Assembly: GCA_024239035.1 (NCBI GenBank)
Contig: JANBVK010000001.1
Location: 506,202 to 570,201 of the forward strand
Length of the DNA stretch: 64,000 nt
Origin: Patescibacteria group bacterium
Lineage (GTDB): Bacteria; Patescibacteriota; Minisyncoccia; UBA6257; GWB1-50-10
Direction: 5' to 3'
Shown: positions 49,025 to 58,849 of the stretch, in pieces
Layout: every line of letters begins with the position of its first letter
Numbering within the stretch: position 1 is the stretch's first letter
Made by a program: the position numbers and the translations under genes
Notes under the pieces: model-generated
Seen by the model: the letters and a program-made list of their open reading frames with translations, nothing else
Databases searched by the model: none
Told to the model about the DNA's origin: nothing

Positions 49025-49384
49025 ATGAAAAAATATCTTATTGATTTAGGAGTGGGGTTGCTTTGGGGTTTCGTACTTTTTTTAGGGCCTAGTTTATTTT
49101 CTGGACTGTATGGGTTTTTATTTTTTGATAAAATAGGGAATTTGTTTCCATTTCTACAAGGCAACCTTCTCTTAACTCTGTTCTCGTTAAGCCTTGTCTA
49201 TTTAATACTTTCATTACCGATTTTTATTCTTTACCTTATAACCCCCTTTTATAAGAAGAGCCATCAAGAGCCCCGCCGCCTTCTCCTCTCCCTCTTGTCC
49301 TTTTCTTTAGGGGTTTATATTGCTTTATTCTTATACGTCGGAATAGGACTGATTGGTTTCTCGAGAGGTAGTTTTATTTTGTAA
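49025..49384 (+). CDS. Hypothetical integral membrane protein (119 aa)
   Basis: Four hydrophobic helices. Preceded by the GATGAGATCTC motif. Confidence 0.35.
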   Translation: MKKYLIDLGVGLLWGFVLFLGPSLFSGLYGFLFFDKIGNLFPFLQGNLLLTLFSLSLVYLILSLPIFILYLITPFYKKSHQEPRRLLLSLLSFSLGVYIALFLYVGIGLIGFSRGSFIL

Positions 49385-49568
49385 TCTATGATTAGGTAAC
49401 GGTCAACTTACTGCACTCGCCTTTGTTCTTGATGAGATCTCTGATGTGTTGTGTTCACTATTAGAATTATTGAGGTAAATATGAATAAAAGGATATATCT
49501 ATATAGTTTTTTGTTGGGGCTTAAGGAAAGAACATATTTTTATACTTTTCTAGATCGGCTCAAGCCCA

Positions 49569-50852
49569 ATGGACCTTAACCTCAAGAGACCAAAAAATTT
49601 GTTTATTGCATTTTTGGTGATTGGCGTTCTTATTGTGGTGGGACAGCGCATCAAGATAGTTAATTTATTCAATCAAACATTCTTTTCTGAAGAAAGCTTA
49701 GTTGAGGAAATTTCTTTGAGCGGATCTCTTAGTGCATCTGTTTTGAAAAGTGAATCTTTGGGTGGAACAAACAGGAACACGCGGGGTGGGGTCGTAGTTT
49801 CGTGTTTGTCTAACGCGAAGACACCAACCCGCGACAAGGTAATCATTAACGAAGTTGCTTGGATGGGGACTACAGAAAGTTTTAGTAATGAATGGATCGA
49901 ACTGAAAAACATTTCGAATGATCCCGTCTCCATCTCCGGTTGGCAGTTTATGGATAAAGACGAACAAATAAAAATTATTTTCCCAGACTCGGCCGAAATT
50001 CCGACGAGTGGACTTTATCTTTTAGAAAGAGGTGAAGAAGCAATTGCCGGAGTCGAAGCTGACATCATCTACGCCGGTAATTTAAGAAATAGTGAAGAAG
50101 GTTTAAGATTATTTAACAATAAATGCGACTTAGTTGATGAAGTTTTAGCAAATCCTGATTGGCCGGCGGGGAATAACAAAGATAAAAGTCCCATGGAGCG
50201 GAATATTAAAGATTTTTCTTGGTACACCTCCACTATTATCGGCGGTACTCCGGGGAATGTAAATTCTCAGCCGCCCTTTAATGGATCTTTAGCTGTTTTA
50301 AATTTAGATACGGTTACAACCTTAGGCGATGACACCAAAGAGAGTGGAGAATTGGTTGAAGTTGAAGTTACTGTAATCCCGGAACAAAACTTCTCGCCTC
50401 CCCCTCCTTTCACTGGCTCGCAAGTATTAATAAGTGAAATAATGGCGGGAATTAACGGTAACGCAAAGCATGAGTTTATTGAACTTTACAATCCGGCGTC
50501 AAGTCCGGTTGATTTAAGCGGCTGGACACTGAAAAAGAAAAGTTCAACCGGAAGAGAGTCGTCTCTTGTTGTCTCGAGTCGTTTGGAAAGTAAAATTATT
50601 CCGCCCGGGAGCTATTTTCTTCTCGTAAACAGCGGAGGATGGACTGGCAGCATGATACCTGATGTGGAATGGCCCTCTTCATACAACCTTGCTTATACCA
50701 ACAATGCTATTTCCATCTACAACAAGGATGGAGAAGTAGTTGATGAAGTAAACTGGCAGGAAATCCCGAAAGGTAGGAGCTTCGAACGCCCATCTTGGGT
50801 GGACGATCAGTTTATAATTCAAATATCACCCAATCCTCAAGGTTCTAACTAG
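49569..50852 (+). CDS. Secreted protein with two lamin-tail-domain (LTD) repeats
   Basis: Repeats VIINEVAWMGT...NEWIELKNISNDPVSISGW and VLISEIMAGINGNAKHEFIELYNPASSPVDLSGW. N-terminal TM anchor. Confidence 0.6.
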   Translation: MDLNLKRPKNLFIAFLVIGVLIVVGQRIKIVNLFNQTFFSEESLVEEISLSGSLSASVLKSESLGGTNRNTRGGVVVSCLSNAKTPTRDKVIINEVAWMGTTESFSNEWIELKNISNDPVSISGWQFMDKDEQIKIIFPDSAEIPTSGLYLLERGEEAIAGVEADIIYAGNLRNSEEGLRLFNNKCDLVDEVLANPDWPAGNNKDKSPMERNIKDFSWYTSTIIGGTPGNVNSQPPFNGSLAVLNLDTVTTLGDDTKESGELVEVEVTVIPEQNFSPPPPFTGSQVLISEIMAGINGNAKHEFIELYNPASSPVDLSGWTLKKKSSTGRESSLVVSSRLESKIIPPGSYFLLVNSGGWTGSMIPDVEWPSSYNLAYTNNAISIYNKDGEVVDEVNWQEIPKGRSFERPSWVDDQFIIQISPNPQGSN

Positions 50853-50980
50853 TCCGAAGAGGGAAAAATTTGCCAACTCGGAAAATTTGTGTCGCCTTGG
50901 AAGTTATCCCCAAAAATATGTGTTTCGGCCGCCTTTCAATTTAATTTTAAAAACCTAAAATAAGAAAAGGTCACTCATTA

Positions 50981-51030
50981 AAGTATTTTAAAGTATTTTA
51001 AAGTATTGCAAAGTATTTTAAATTATTGCC
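50981..51030. repeat. Tandem 10-bp repeat array (AAGTATTTTA x2, AAGTATTGCA, AAGTATTTTA, AATTATTGCC) ending 23 bp upstream of nrdJ
   Basis: Five head-to-tail units with helical-turn periodicity, seen directly. Confidence 0.6.
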
Positions 51031-51052
51031 ACCACTTATAAAATTTTAAAAC

Positions 51053-53512
51053 ATGAAAGAGAAAAAAAATACTCTTCGTAGCGAGGTTAAATTAAGCGAC
51101 GCGAGAATTAACAGAAGTTTTTCGGAAAATGCCTTGAAGATGATGCGCAAGCGTTATCTTTTTACCGACGAAAAAGGTAATCAGGAGACTTCCGCCCAGA
51201 TGTTTCATCGGATTGCCCGCACTTTAGCTGAAGTTGAGAAAAATTACGGTCACAATGCGCAATTTGTAAAGAAAGTTGAGCGCGACTTCTTTGAAATTAT
51301 GGCTGGTAAGGAATATACACCCGCTGGGCGGACGATTACAAACGTCGGAACACCTACATCCCTTATCGCGAACTGTATTGTTTTGCCAATTCACGATTCA
51401 ATGGAGAGTATTTTTCAAACCTTAAAGGATGCATCTCTTCTGCAGCAAGCCGGTTCGGGTTTAGGCTTTTCTCTTGATGAACTCAGGCCGTCAATGTCGC
51501 CGACAAAACGGTCGCGAGGTTCCTCGTCCGGTCCGGTTTCATTTTTAAAAATTTACAACGAAGCTTTTAGTACAATTAAACAGCAGGGGCGTCACGGTGC
51601 GAACATGGCAATGATGAGCGTTGATCATCCCGACGTTTTGGACTTTATCCGTTCAAAAGCAGTAGAAGGAGAGATTAGAAACTTTAATATATCTATTAAG
51701 GTGACTGATAAGTTTATGAGAATGGTGGAGGAGGAACCGGATGAGCAATGGTATTGTACGTGGAAAGGTAAAAAGTCAAAACCCAGTAAAGTTCTTCGGC
51801 ACCCGAACGGAAGTGTTTACGGGTCAGAGGATATCAACATTACGGTTGGCGAACTTTTTAACGAAATTGTTGAATACGCTTGGACAAACGGGGAACCGGG
51901 TATAGTTTTTATTGATACTGTAAACAAATCAAATCCTTTGCCGGGCTTAGGGCGAATTGAGTGTTCTAATCCTTGCGGTGAACAGTTTTTACACTCCTAC
52001 GATAATTGTAATTTGGGATCGATTAATCTGGCCACCCTTGTTAAAGATAAGCAAGTTGATTACGAGCGACTTAGATTTGTGGTGAAGACTGCAGTACGGT
52101 TTATGGATAACGTGATTGATAAGTTTGATTTCCCGGTTAAGAAAGTTACCGCCTTAGCGCGTAAGAATCGCCGGATCGGTTTGGGAATTATGGGGTTTGC
52201 TGACATGCTTTTCCAACTCGGCATTAAATACAATTCTGAAGAAGGATACGCTACAGCAGGAAAAATAATGTCAGTCATTCAAGAATCAGCTCATAGAATG
52301 TCTCAGGAGCTTGCTGAGGAGAAAGACGTTTTTCCCAATTACCCAAAGAGTATTTTTGCAGAAAAGAAAATAAAAATGAGAAACGCTGCCCTGACTACCA
52401 TTGCTCCAACTGGTTCTATTGCTATGATGTTTGATTCTTCTTCCGGTGTGGAACCGAACTTTGCTTTAGCCTACATCAAACAAGATAAGGATGGTGTGCA
52501 GTACCAATATCTCAATAGATATTTTGAGGAAGAACTTCGGCGTCGGACATTTGATGAGGTAACCATTTCAGAGATTAAAAAGGAGATTGTTAAAACCGGC
52601 AGTATTCAAAACCTTGATTATCTACCCCAGGATCTCCGTGATACGTTTGTGGTTGCAATGGATATACCAGGTGAAGATCACATTGGAATGCAGGCCGCGT
52701 TTCAAAATCATATTGATAATTCTATTTCCAAGACTATTAATCTCCCGAATAGTGCAACCCGGGAGGACGTTAAGTCCAGCTTTCTTCAGGCGTGGAAGTT
52801 GGGGTGCAAGAGCTGCACGGTCTATCGGGACGGCAGCCGCAACATTCAAATTTTAAACCTGGGAACGGGAGAGAATATAAAATCAACCACTGAGGCACCG
52901 ACAGGAGAGAATTCACCGGAAGAAACTAACCTTGACCTAGAGATAGACAAAGGGAAGCTCTCGCCAAGAGCTCGGCCGATGGTTATGGAGGGAAAGACCT
53001 ATAGGGTAAAAACCGGCTATGGCAAGCTTTATATCACAGTTAATAATGACGAAACCGGAGTGCCTTTTGAGGTATTCGCGACAATTGGGAAGAGCGGCGG
53101 TTTTTTCCAGGAGCAAAGCGAGGGTATTTGCCGGCTTATTTCCTTGTCTCTCCGAGCCGGCATTAAAGTTGAAGAAATTATCGATAACTTAAAAGGCATT
53201 CGCGGACCAATGCCTGTGTTTTCTGATAAGGGAACAATTCTTTCATTGCCGGATGCTATCGGGCAAATACTGGAAGAACATGTTCGGAAAGAAATACCAA
53301 AAGCGGAACTGCCGGCGGGTTCTAAAGTTTCTGAGGCGGCCGTGGTAGCAGCAAAAGTAGATTTGGATTTTCTTAAGAAAGAAAATGAAATTAAAGGAGA
53401 ATCACTAGCCGATAACGGAATGATGCCAGGTTGCCCGGATTGTGGTGCGTCCCTTCAGGTAAGTGAAGGGTGCTTGAATTGCCGAAGCTGCGGCTTTACG
53501 AGATGTACGTAG
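51053..53512 (+). CDS. nrdJ: Adenosylcobalamin-dependent (class II) ribonucleotide reductase with a C-terminal zinc ribbon
   Basis: 819 aa monomeric RNR core (…NCIVLP…, GLGFS, active-site Cys region). C-terminal CPDC...CLNCRSC. Confidence 0.85.
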   Translation: MKEKKNTLRSEVKLSDARINRSFSENALKMMRKRYLFTDEKGNQETSAQMFHRIARTLAEVEKNYGHNAQFVKKVERDFFEIMAGKEYTPAGRTITNVGTPTSLIANCIVLPIHDSMESIFQTLKDASLLQQAGSGLGFSLDELRPSMSPTKRSRGSSSGPVSFLKIYNEAFSTIKQQGRHGANMAMMSVDHPDVLDFIRSKAVEGEIRNFNISIKVTDKFMRMVEEEPDEQWYCTWKGKKSKPSKVLRHPNGSVYGSEDINITVGELFNEIVEYAWTNGEPGIVFIDTVNKSNPLPGLGRIECSNPCGEQFLHSYDNCNLGSINLATLVKDKQVDYERLRFVVKTAVRFMDNVIDKFDFPVKKVTALARKNRRIGLGIMGFADMLFQLGIKYNSEEGYATAGKIMSVIQESAHRMSQELAEEKDVFPNYPKSIFAEKKIKMRNAALTTIAPTGSIAMMFDSSSGVEPNFALAYIKQDKDGVQYQYLNRYFEEELRRRTFDEVTISEIKKEIVKTGSIQNLDYLPQDLRDTFVVAMDIPGEDHIGMQAAFQNHIDNSISKTINLPNSATREDVKSSFLQAWKLGCKSCTVYRDGSRNIQILNLGTGENIKSTTEAPTGENSPEETNLDLEIDKGKLSPRARPMVMEGKTYRVKTGYGKLYITVNNDETGVPFEVFATIGKSGGFFQEQSEGICRLISLSLRAGIKVEEIIDNLKGIRGPMPVFSDKGTILSLPDAIGQILEEHVRKEIPKAELPAGSKVSEAAVVAAKVDLDFLKKENEIKGESLADNGMMPGCPDCGASLQVSEGCLNCRSCGFTRCT

Positions 53513-53592
53513 TTTAGTTTTTGGGTGGGTCGTTTAATGACGTAACTGAATCCCTTTATAGGGATTTTTTCTTTCTATTTTTTTCGATTTAT

Positions 53593-54192
53593 CTACTTTC
53601 CGGCGTCTGGGATTTTCAGCCACTTATTTGCGGTTATGTGCCAGTCGGCCGCATCAACCACCTGTAATGTATCCCAAAGATCTTTGGCTGATTTTGTATA
53701 GAGTTTTTCATCGCGGATCATCCTGCGGAACTTCACCCACTTTTTTGGTAATTTAGAACCTCGTTCTTCCAGTTCTTTTATTTCCAAATCAATATCTAGA
53801 TTATCAGCGTCCTTAATAATTTTTGCTTCTATAGATTCCCTTTTTTCGTATTCTTGGAGAACGTCACTGTAGAAATTTTGAACCTCGGTTCCTTCAAATA
53901 AATCGCGTGCTGATGCATTCTCATCTGCATCAACGTAAACCTTTTGAATATAGCTCAAGTCGGTCGTCCTGGTCTCGGCAATGTCGTGAACCAAAGCCAT
54001 TTTCAAAATTTTTTCCTCATTCTTCACTCCTTCTTTTCTTGCGATAATGAGTGCTAACCAAATAACTCTTAATGTGTGCTCAAGGACGTTGGCGCAGTCC
54101 ATTCCGAGATGTTGCCTCCACCCTCGTTGGATATTGTGCAGAGAACCTATTTCAAATAGAAACTCAATATCCCTCTTATTATTTTTCTCCAT
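53593..54192 (-). CDS. HD-domain 5'-deoxynucleotidase (YfbR-like)
   Basis: Motifs H...LVHDIAETRTTDL...D. 199 aa. Confidence 0.6.
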   Translation of the reverse strand: MEKNNKRDIEFLFEIGSLHNIQRGWRQHLGMDCANVLEHTLRVIWLALIIARKEGVKNEEKILKMALVHDIAETRTTDLSYIQKVYVDADENASARDLFEGTEVQNFYSDVLQEYEKRESIEAKIIKDADNLDIDLEIKELEERGSKLPKKWVKFRRMIRDEKLYTKSAKDLWDTLQVVDAADWHITANKWLKIPDAGK

Positions 54193-54597
54193 AAAATCAT
54201 TCAGCTGGTGGACTCATTCCAACACAGGGAGAACCCAACTTCTACCCGACACTCTCTAGTGTTCGTCTTTGCTTTGCAAAATAAACCTATTTGTGTCTTT
54301 TGCTGGCTTTTTTTGCCAACATTTCACGCTTTATCGCAAGTCGTTTTTTGGTCTTTTTTGAATGTGATTTTTTTCTTTTTGGTGTTCCTGTGTTTCTTTT
54401 CGCCATAGATATAACTATACACTTTATTTATAGCTTCGAACACTGAACGAAATTCGAACTTTTTTCGGGGATATATTCTATAAAGAAAGCTCCTCGCCTC
54501 GATTTGAGTCGAAGGGTTCTGCCATAAGCAACAATTTGACAGACAACAAACAGGGGCTATATCATTTGTGCAGAACATACACATTAGGAGGTGTCTA

Positions 54598-54774
54598 GAT
54601 GAGCGATCAGGAGAAGTCGGAAAAGAAGAAGATTCCTCCGCACAACTGCGAGGAGCACAAGGTTTCGGACGGCGGAGGGCTTGACCCGCGGAATCCGGGA
54701 AAAACGTGGGTTACCACCTACCGTTGCGGGAAATGCGGAGCGTTCTTGGGTCGGGAAACAGAGCAACTCGACTA
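54598..54774 (+). CDS. Small zinc-ribbon-like protein (58 aa, below the ORF-track cutoff)
   Basis: AGGAGGTG SD 6 nt upstream of the ATG. HNCEEH...CGKCG motif. Markedly higher G+C than its flanks. Hairpin terminator at 54857-54885. Confidence 0.4.
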
Positions 54775-55049
54775 ATTAGTGAGAAAGGCGCTTAGGTATG
54801 GTCTCGTTCGTACCTTTCCCTGTTCGAATCCCTACCCACAAAAAACAGAAGTTAAAGAGGAGTGGTTTATGCCACTCCTTTTTAATTTTACTCCCCCTAC
54901 AGGACGCGTTCAGAACTCTAGATTGGGCTGTTATTAGGAAAGAGTTGCTTGAGTTTGAAGGTGTATAAAAAGGAGTATGTTTATATACCTGATTTGAGGT
55001 TGTAATGTATAATTCATAAATGAAACCAACTCCTTTTGTTCGAGTCCTG

Positions 55050-56807
55050 TTATCGCTTTAGTACTTTTTTTCTGAGTCGAATGGACTTCGGAGTAATTTC
55101 CAACAATTCATCATTAGCCATAATTTCTAAACCGCACTCTAAAGTGAGCTTAACCGGAGGTGTCAAATTCAGGGCATCATCGGATCCGGATGCGCGCATG
55201 TTGGTTAACTGCTTTCCCTTGGTTGGATTAACGGTCATGTCCATTCCTTTACTGACATTTCCAATAACCATACCTTCATACACTTCTGTGTTTGGGCCAA
55301 TATAAAGAGTTCCACGATCTTGTAAATTATAAAGGGAAAACCCCAGCGATTTGCCGGTTGCCATCGAAATCATGGAACCAACTTCGCGGTGTTTAATCTC
55401 ACCCACATGCGGCCGAAAGCCAATAACGCGCGATGCCATGATCCCTTCTCCTCGTGTGTCAATCACAAATTCTGAGCGAAGCCCAAGCAGACCGCGTGTT
55501 GGGATTTCAAACGCTAGTCGAGTGTTCATATGATGCGATTTCATTCCTATCATAATTCCTTTACGCTTAGCAACCCTTTTAATAACAACACCGGATAAAG
55601 ATTCTGGTATGTCAATAATAAGTTCTTCAAATGGCTCAAGGGTCTGCCCCTCCTTTTCTTTTAAAATCACGTGCGGTTGAGAAACTTGTATTTCATAACC
55701 TTCGCGGCGCATGTTTTCCAAGAATATTGCGATATGCATTTCTCCGCGTCCATAAACGATATATTGGTCTACTTGGGAAAAATCTATCTTAATTCCAACA
55801 TTCACCTCTAATTCTTTTTCTAAACGTTCCTTTAACTGTGAGTTTGTTACAAACTTTCCTTCCCGACCGGAAAAAGGGGAGTTATTGACCATAAATCCAA
55901 GAGAGAGAGTTGGTTCATCGACGGCGATATGCGGTAAAAGTTCAGCTGATTCATCTATTGCCATTGTGTCGCCAATGTAGATTTCAGGAAATCCTGCAAT
56001 AACAACAATATCTCCTGCCTCAGCGCGCTCGACTTCTTTTCTTGTAAAACCCTCAAACGTAAAAAGCTTGGTTACTGTACCTTTTTGCACTGTTCCATCA
56101 ACTCGTTTGATAAAGAGTTGATCCTTTTCTTTTACTGCCCCTTCATAAATACGAGCGATCGCTAAACGACCAAGATAGTTGTCATAATCCAAGTTGAACG
56201 ATTGCATACGCAATGGTTTATCCGTCTCTGCCGGTGCCGGAGCAATATTTTCTATTATTGCATCAAGTAATGGCGTCATATCTTTTGAATCCTGGTTCAA
56301 TTCCTTTTTAGCTATCCCACGTTTTCCAACAGTATAAACTGTCTGAAAATTCAGCTGATCATCATTGGCTCCTAAATCCATAAACAGCTCAAGTATTTCC
56401 TCAACAGCTTCTTCTGGTTGACTCCCTGGTTTGTCGATTTTATTTAAAACAACCAGCGGTTTAAGGCCAATTTCTAATGATTTTCTCAAAACAAATTTTG
56501 TTTGCGGCATGGGACCTTCTTGCGCGTCAACAACAAGAAGCACGGAATCAATTGAGCGCAAAACACGTTCCACTTCTGAACCAAAGTCCGCATGCCCTGG
56601 AGTGTCAACAATATTGATCTTTGTGCCTTTATAAAACATGGAAGCATTTTTAGCATAAATTGTAATACCACGCTCTTTTTCCAGCACGTTACTGTCCATA
56701 CTGACGGACTCATTAGTCGTCGCTCCTGTTTGACGCATTAATGCATCAGTAATTGTTGTTTTCCCATGGTCAACATGGGCAATGATTGCAATGTTTCTTA
56801 TTTCCAT
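55050..56807 (-). CDS. typA: Translational GTPase TypA/BipA
   Basis: N-terminus [14 protein letters not shown]...[13 protein letters not shown]. 585 aa, BipA length. Confidence 0.9.
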   Translation of the reverse strand: MEIRNIAIIAHVDHGKTTITDALMRQTGATTNESVSMDSNVLEKERGITIYAKNASMFYKGTKINIVDTPGHADFGSEVERVLRSIDSVLLVVDAQEGPMPQTKFVLRKSLEIGLKPLVVLNKIDKPGSQPEEAVEEILELFMDLGANDDQLNFQTVYTVGKRGIAKKELNQDSKDMTPLLDAIIENIAPAPAETDKPLRMQSFNLDYDNYLGRLAIARIYEGAVKEKDQLFIKRVDGTVQKGTVTKLFTFEGFTRKEVERAEAGDIVVIAGFPEIYIGDTMAIDESAELLPHIAVDEPTLSLGFMVNNSPFSGREGKFVTNSQLKERLEKELEVNVGIKIDFSQVDQYIVYGRGEMHIAIFLENMRREGYEIQVSQPHVILKEKEGQTLEPFEELIIDIPESLSGVVIKRVAKRKGIMIGMKSHHMNTRLAFEIPTRGLLGLRSEFVIDTRGEGIMASRVIGFRPHVGEIKHREVGSMISMATGKSLGFSLYNLQDRGTLYIGPNTEVYEGMVIGNVSKGMDMTVNPTKGKQLTNMRASGSDDALNLTPPVKLTLECGLEIMANDELLEITPKSIRLRKKVLKR

Positions 56808-56823
56808 AAAATTATTTCACAGA

Positions 56824-58104
56824 TCATCCTCGGTGACGGGTACTGTTATGACGCTTTCGAGACGATCGTTGGTACTTTTTTGTAGAACTTTGCCTTGGAC
56901 GATCTCGTCCTGTAAAGTGCTTTCGGCTCCGAGCAAGAAAATGTTTTTTAGGGGTCGTCTTTTTCCTTTCTGGGGGAAGCATTGGCAGAGATAATATTGG
57001 CAATGATTTACGGATTAGTCGTTCAATTTTTTTAACATCGGCTTTCTGAGACGAAGTAACAAAAGAAATGGCTTTTCCATAACAGCCTGCTCGTCCGGTT
57101 CTTCCGATGCGGTGGACATAATCTTCTGAATTATCCGGGAGATCAAAGTTAATCACTAACGAGATATTTTTCACGTCAATGCCGCGAGCGGCAATATCTG
57201 TTGCGACCATGGCACGAAAACGCCCGTTGATAAATCCTTCAAGCGCTGCTTTTCGTTGTGCTTGAGAACGATTGGAATGTATTTCTGTTGCTGTATGACC
57301 CATGTTACGAATATCGCGTGCAATACGTTTTGCTCCATATTTAGTTCGTGAAAAAATAAGAGTTGTGTCCTTTTGATATTGTTGCAGTAAAGAATCAAGC
57401 AAGCGCATCTTATTCTCTTTTGTGACAACAAATACTTCTTGTTCTACGTTTTCCGCCGACGTCCCTTGTGGAGCAATTTCAATTCTAAGCGGCAGTTTCA
57501 TAAACGTGCTAGCCAGCAATGAAATGGACTTCGGCATCGTTGCAGAAAATAACATCGTTTGCCGTTCTTTTGGCGCAGTTTGTAGAACTCGTTTAATTTG
57601 TGGCAAAAACCCGACGTCAAGCATGCGATCTGCTTCGTCAAGAACAATAATATTTACCTGATTGGGCGTATATATTCTTTGATTCATTAAATCAACCAAG
57701 CGTCCCGGAGTAGCAACAACGATATGAGGATTACGTTTCAGAGCTTTCACTTGTGCATATTGAGGAATTCCTCCAATAACTACCGCACAACGCAATCCCA
57801 ATGGAGTACAGATTTGTTTGAGCGCTCGTTCTACCTGAAGCGCGAGTTCACGTGTAGGAACTAAAACTAACCCCTGTCCCTTAAGCAGAGTAATGCGTTG
57901 AATCATCGGTATACCAAACGCCAAAGTCTTTCCTGTTCCGGTTTGGGCAATGCCGACAACATCTTTACCTTCCAAAGCACCTGGAATAACCTGGTGTTGG
58001 ATTGGTGTTGGGATATTGAATTCCTTTTGTTTGAGGACAGCGAGAAGATTTCTTGCTATCCCAAGGTCGTGAAAGTGACCAGTAAACTGCTCTTTTTTTG
58101 TCAT
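56824..58104 (-). CDS. DEAD-box ATP-dependent RNA helicase with a basic C-terminal tail
   Basis: Q-motif, AQTGTGKT, DEAD, SAT and HRIGRTGR motifs. Lys/Arg-rich tail. Confidence 0.9.
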   Translation of the reverse strand: MTKKEQFTGHFHDLGIARNLLAVLKQKEFNIPTPIQHQVIPGALEGKDVVGIAQTGTGKTLAFGIPMIQRITLLKGQGLVLVPTRELALQVERALKQICTPLGLRCAVVIGGIPQYAQVKALKRNPHIVVATPGRLVDLMNQRIYTPNQVNIIVLDEADRMLDVGFLPQIKRVLQTAPKERQTMLFSATMPKSISLLASTFMKLPLRIEIAPQGTSAENVEQEVFVVTKENKMRLLDSLLQQYQKDTTLIFSRTKYGAKRIARDIRNMGHTATEIHSNRSQAQRKAALEGFINGRFRAMVATDIAARGIDVKNISLVINFDLPDNSEDYVHRIGRTGRAGCYGKAISFVTSSQKADVKKIERLIRKSLPILSLPMLPPERKKTTPKKHFLARSRKHFTGRDRPRQSSTKKYQRSSRKRHNSTRHRG

Positions 58105-58411
58105 AAATTTAATGTGTAACCCGATGTTCTTGGAGGGTCACATGAATGACGCAAAAAGAGTCGAGTTGCTCGGAGTAATTCAACCAAGCTTTGGTCAATA
58201 GTATATCAAAAAGATAATATTCTGTCAAGCATTTTCTTTTTTCTGTTTTGAATCCTAACAAGAAATAAAAATACAGGTGACAAAAGCTATCTGGATTTTT
58301 ACTGCTCCGCAGGCAGGAACAAGTTCCCAAGGGACTCTCACGCGCTCACTAGAGTTCGCTTTTGAAAATCGCAAACCAAAAACACCCACGGGGGTGTTCT
58401 GGATTTGCGAG

Positions 58412-58483
58412 CTCCGCGGGCAGGACTCGAACCTGCAACCTAGTGGTTAACAGCCACCCGCTCTACCGTTGAGCTACCGCGGA
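58412..58483 (-). tRNA. tRNA-Asn (GTT)
   Basis: Reverse complement TCCGCGG-TA-GCTC...GAGC-G-GGTGG-CTGTTAA-CCACT...GCAGG-TTCGAGT-CCTGC-CCGCGGA-G. Minus-strand terminator at about 58374-58398. Confidence 0.85.
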
Positions 58484-58655
58484 ATATTACTAATCTACCA
58501 AATATTGCAATTAGTGCAAGGTTTAATATAATAGAGCGATGGATAGAAAAGAACTAATTAGAACAATTTACCTATATCGTTGGGGGAAAATTCAGAAAGG
58601 GAAACACTCGTAAAACACATGCTGTACCGGCACACTCCGTAGTCGGGGTGTGATT

Positions 58656-58728
58656 CCCCCGTTAGCTCAGTTGGTAGAGCAGCTGCCTTTTAAGCAGACG
58701 GTCGTAGGTTCGAATCCTACACGGGGGA
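58656..58728 (+). tRNA. tRNA-Lys (TTT)
   Basis: CCCCCGT-TA-GCTCAGTTGGTAGAGC...CTTTTAA...GTAGG-TTCGAAT-CCTAC-ACGGGGG-A. Upstream -35 TTGCAA / -10 TATAAT at about 58512-58539. Terminator at 58752-58786. Confidence 0.85.
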
Positions 58729-58849
58729 CAAGGAAGGTGAGTTTTTTCACAAAGCCGCCCGGCACAACCGAGGCGGCTTTTCTTTAAAATTAGCTCGTGT
58801 TATGTTGATTGTGTAGCCCTGAGATACGACCTCTTATTTTGATTAAAGC

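Noticed and set aside
49481-49582. 33-aa mini-ORF (MNKRIYLYSFLLGLKERTYFYTFLDRLKPNGP) between the membrane ORF and the LTD protein
   Set aside because: It is very short and low-complexity, and it ends inside the LTD gene's first codons. It may be a leader peptide, but there is no supporting evidence. It is mentioned only in connection with the duplicated upstream motif.
54324-54584. 86-aa minus-strand ORF in the AT-rich intergenic region
   Set aside because: Low-complexity, Cys/Lys-rich translation with no start context. It is in a different frame from the more plausible 39-aa basic ORF (54287-54406). Treated as noise.
54785-54845. Possible tRNA or tRNA fragment (contains TGTTCGAATCCC, which resembles a T-loop)
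   Set aside because: I could not build a T-stem, acceptor stem or anticodon arm. It is probably a chance resemblance. It sits just before a genuine hairpin terminator at 54857-54885.
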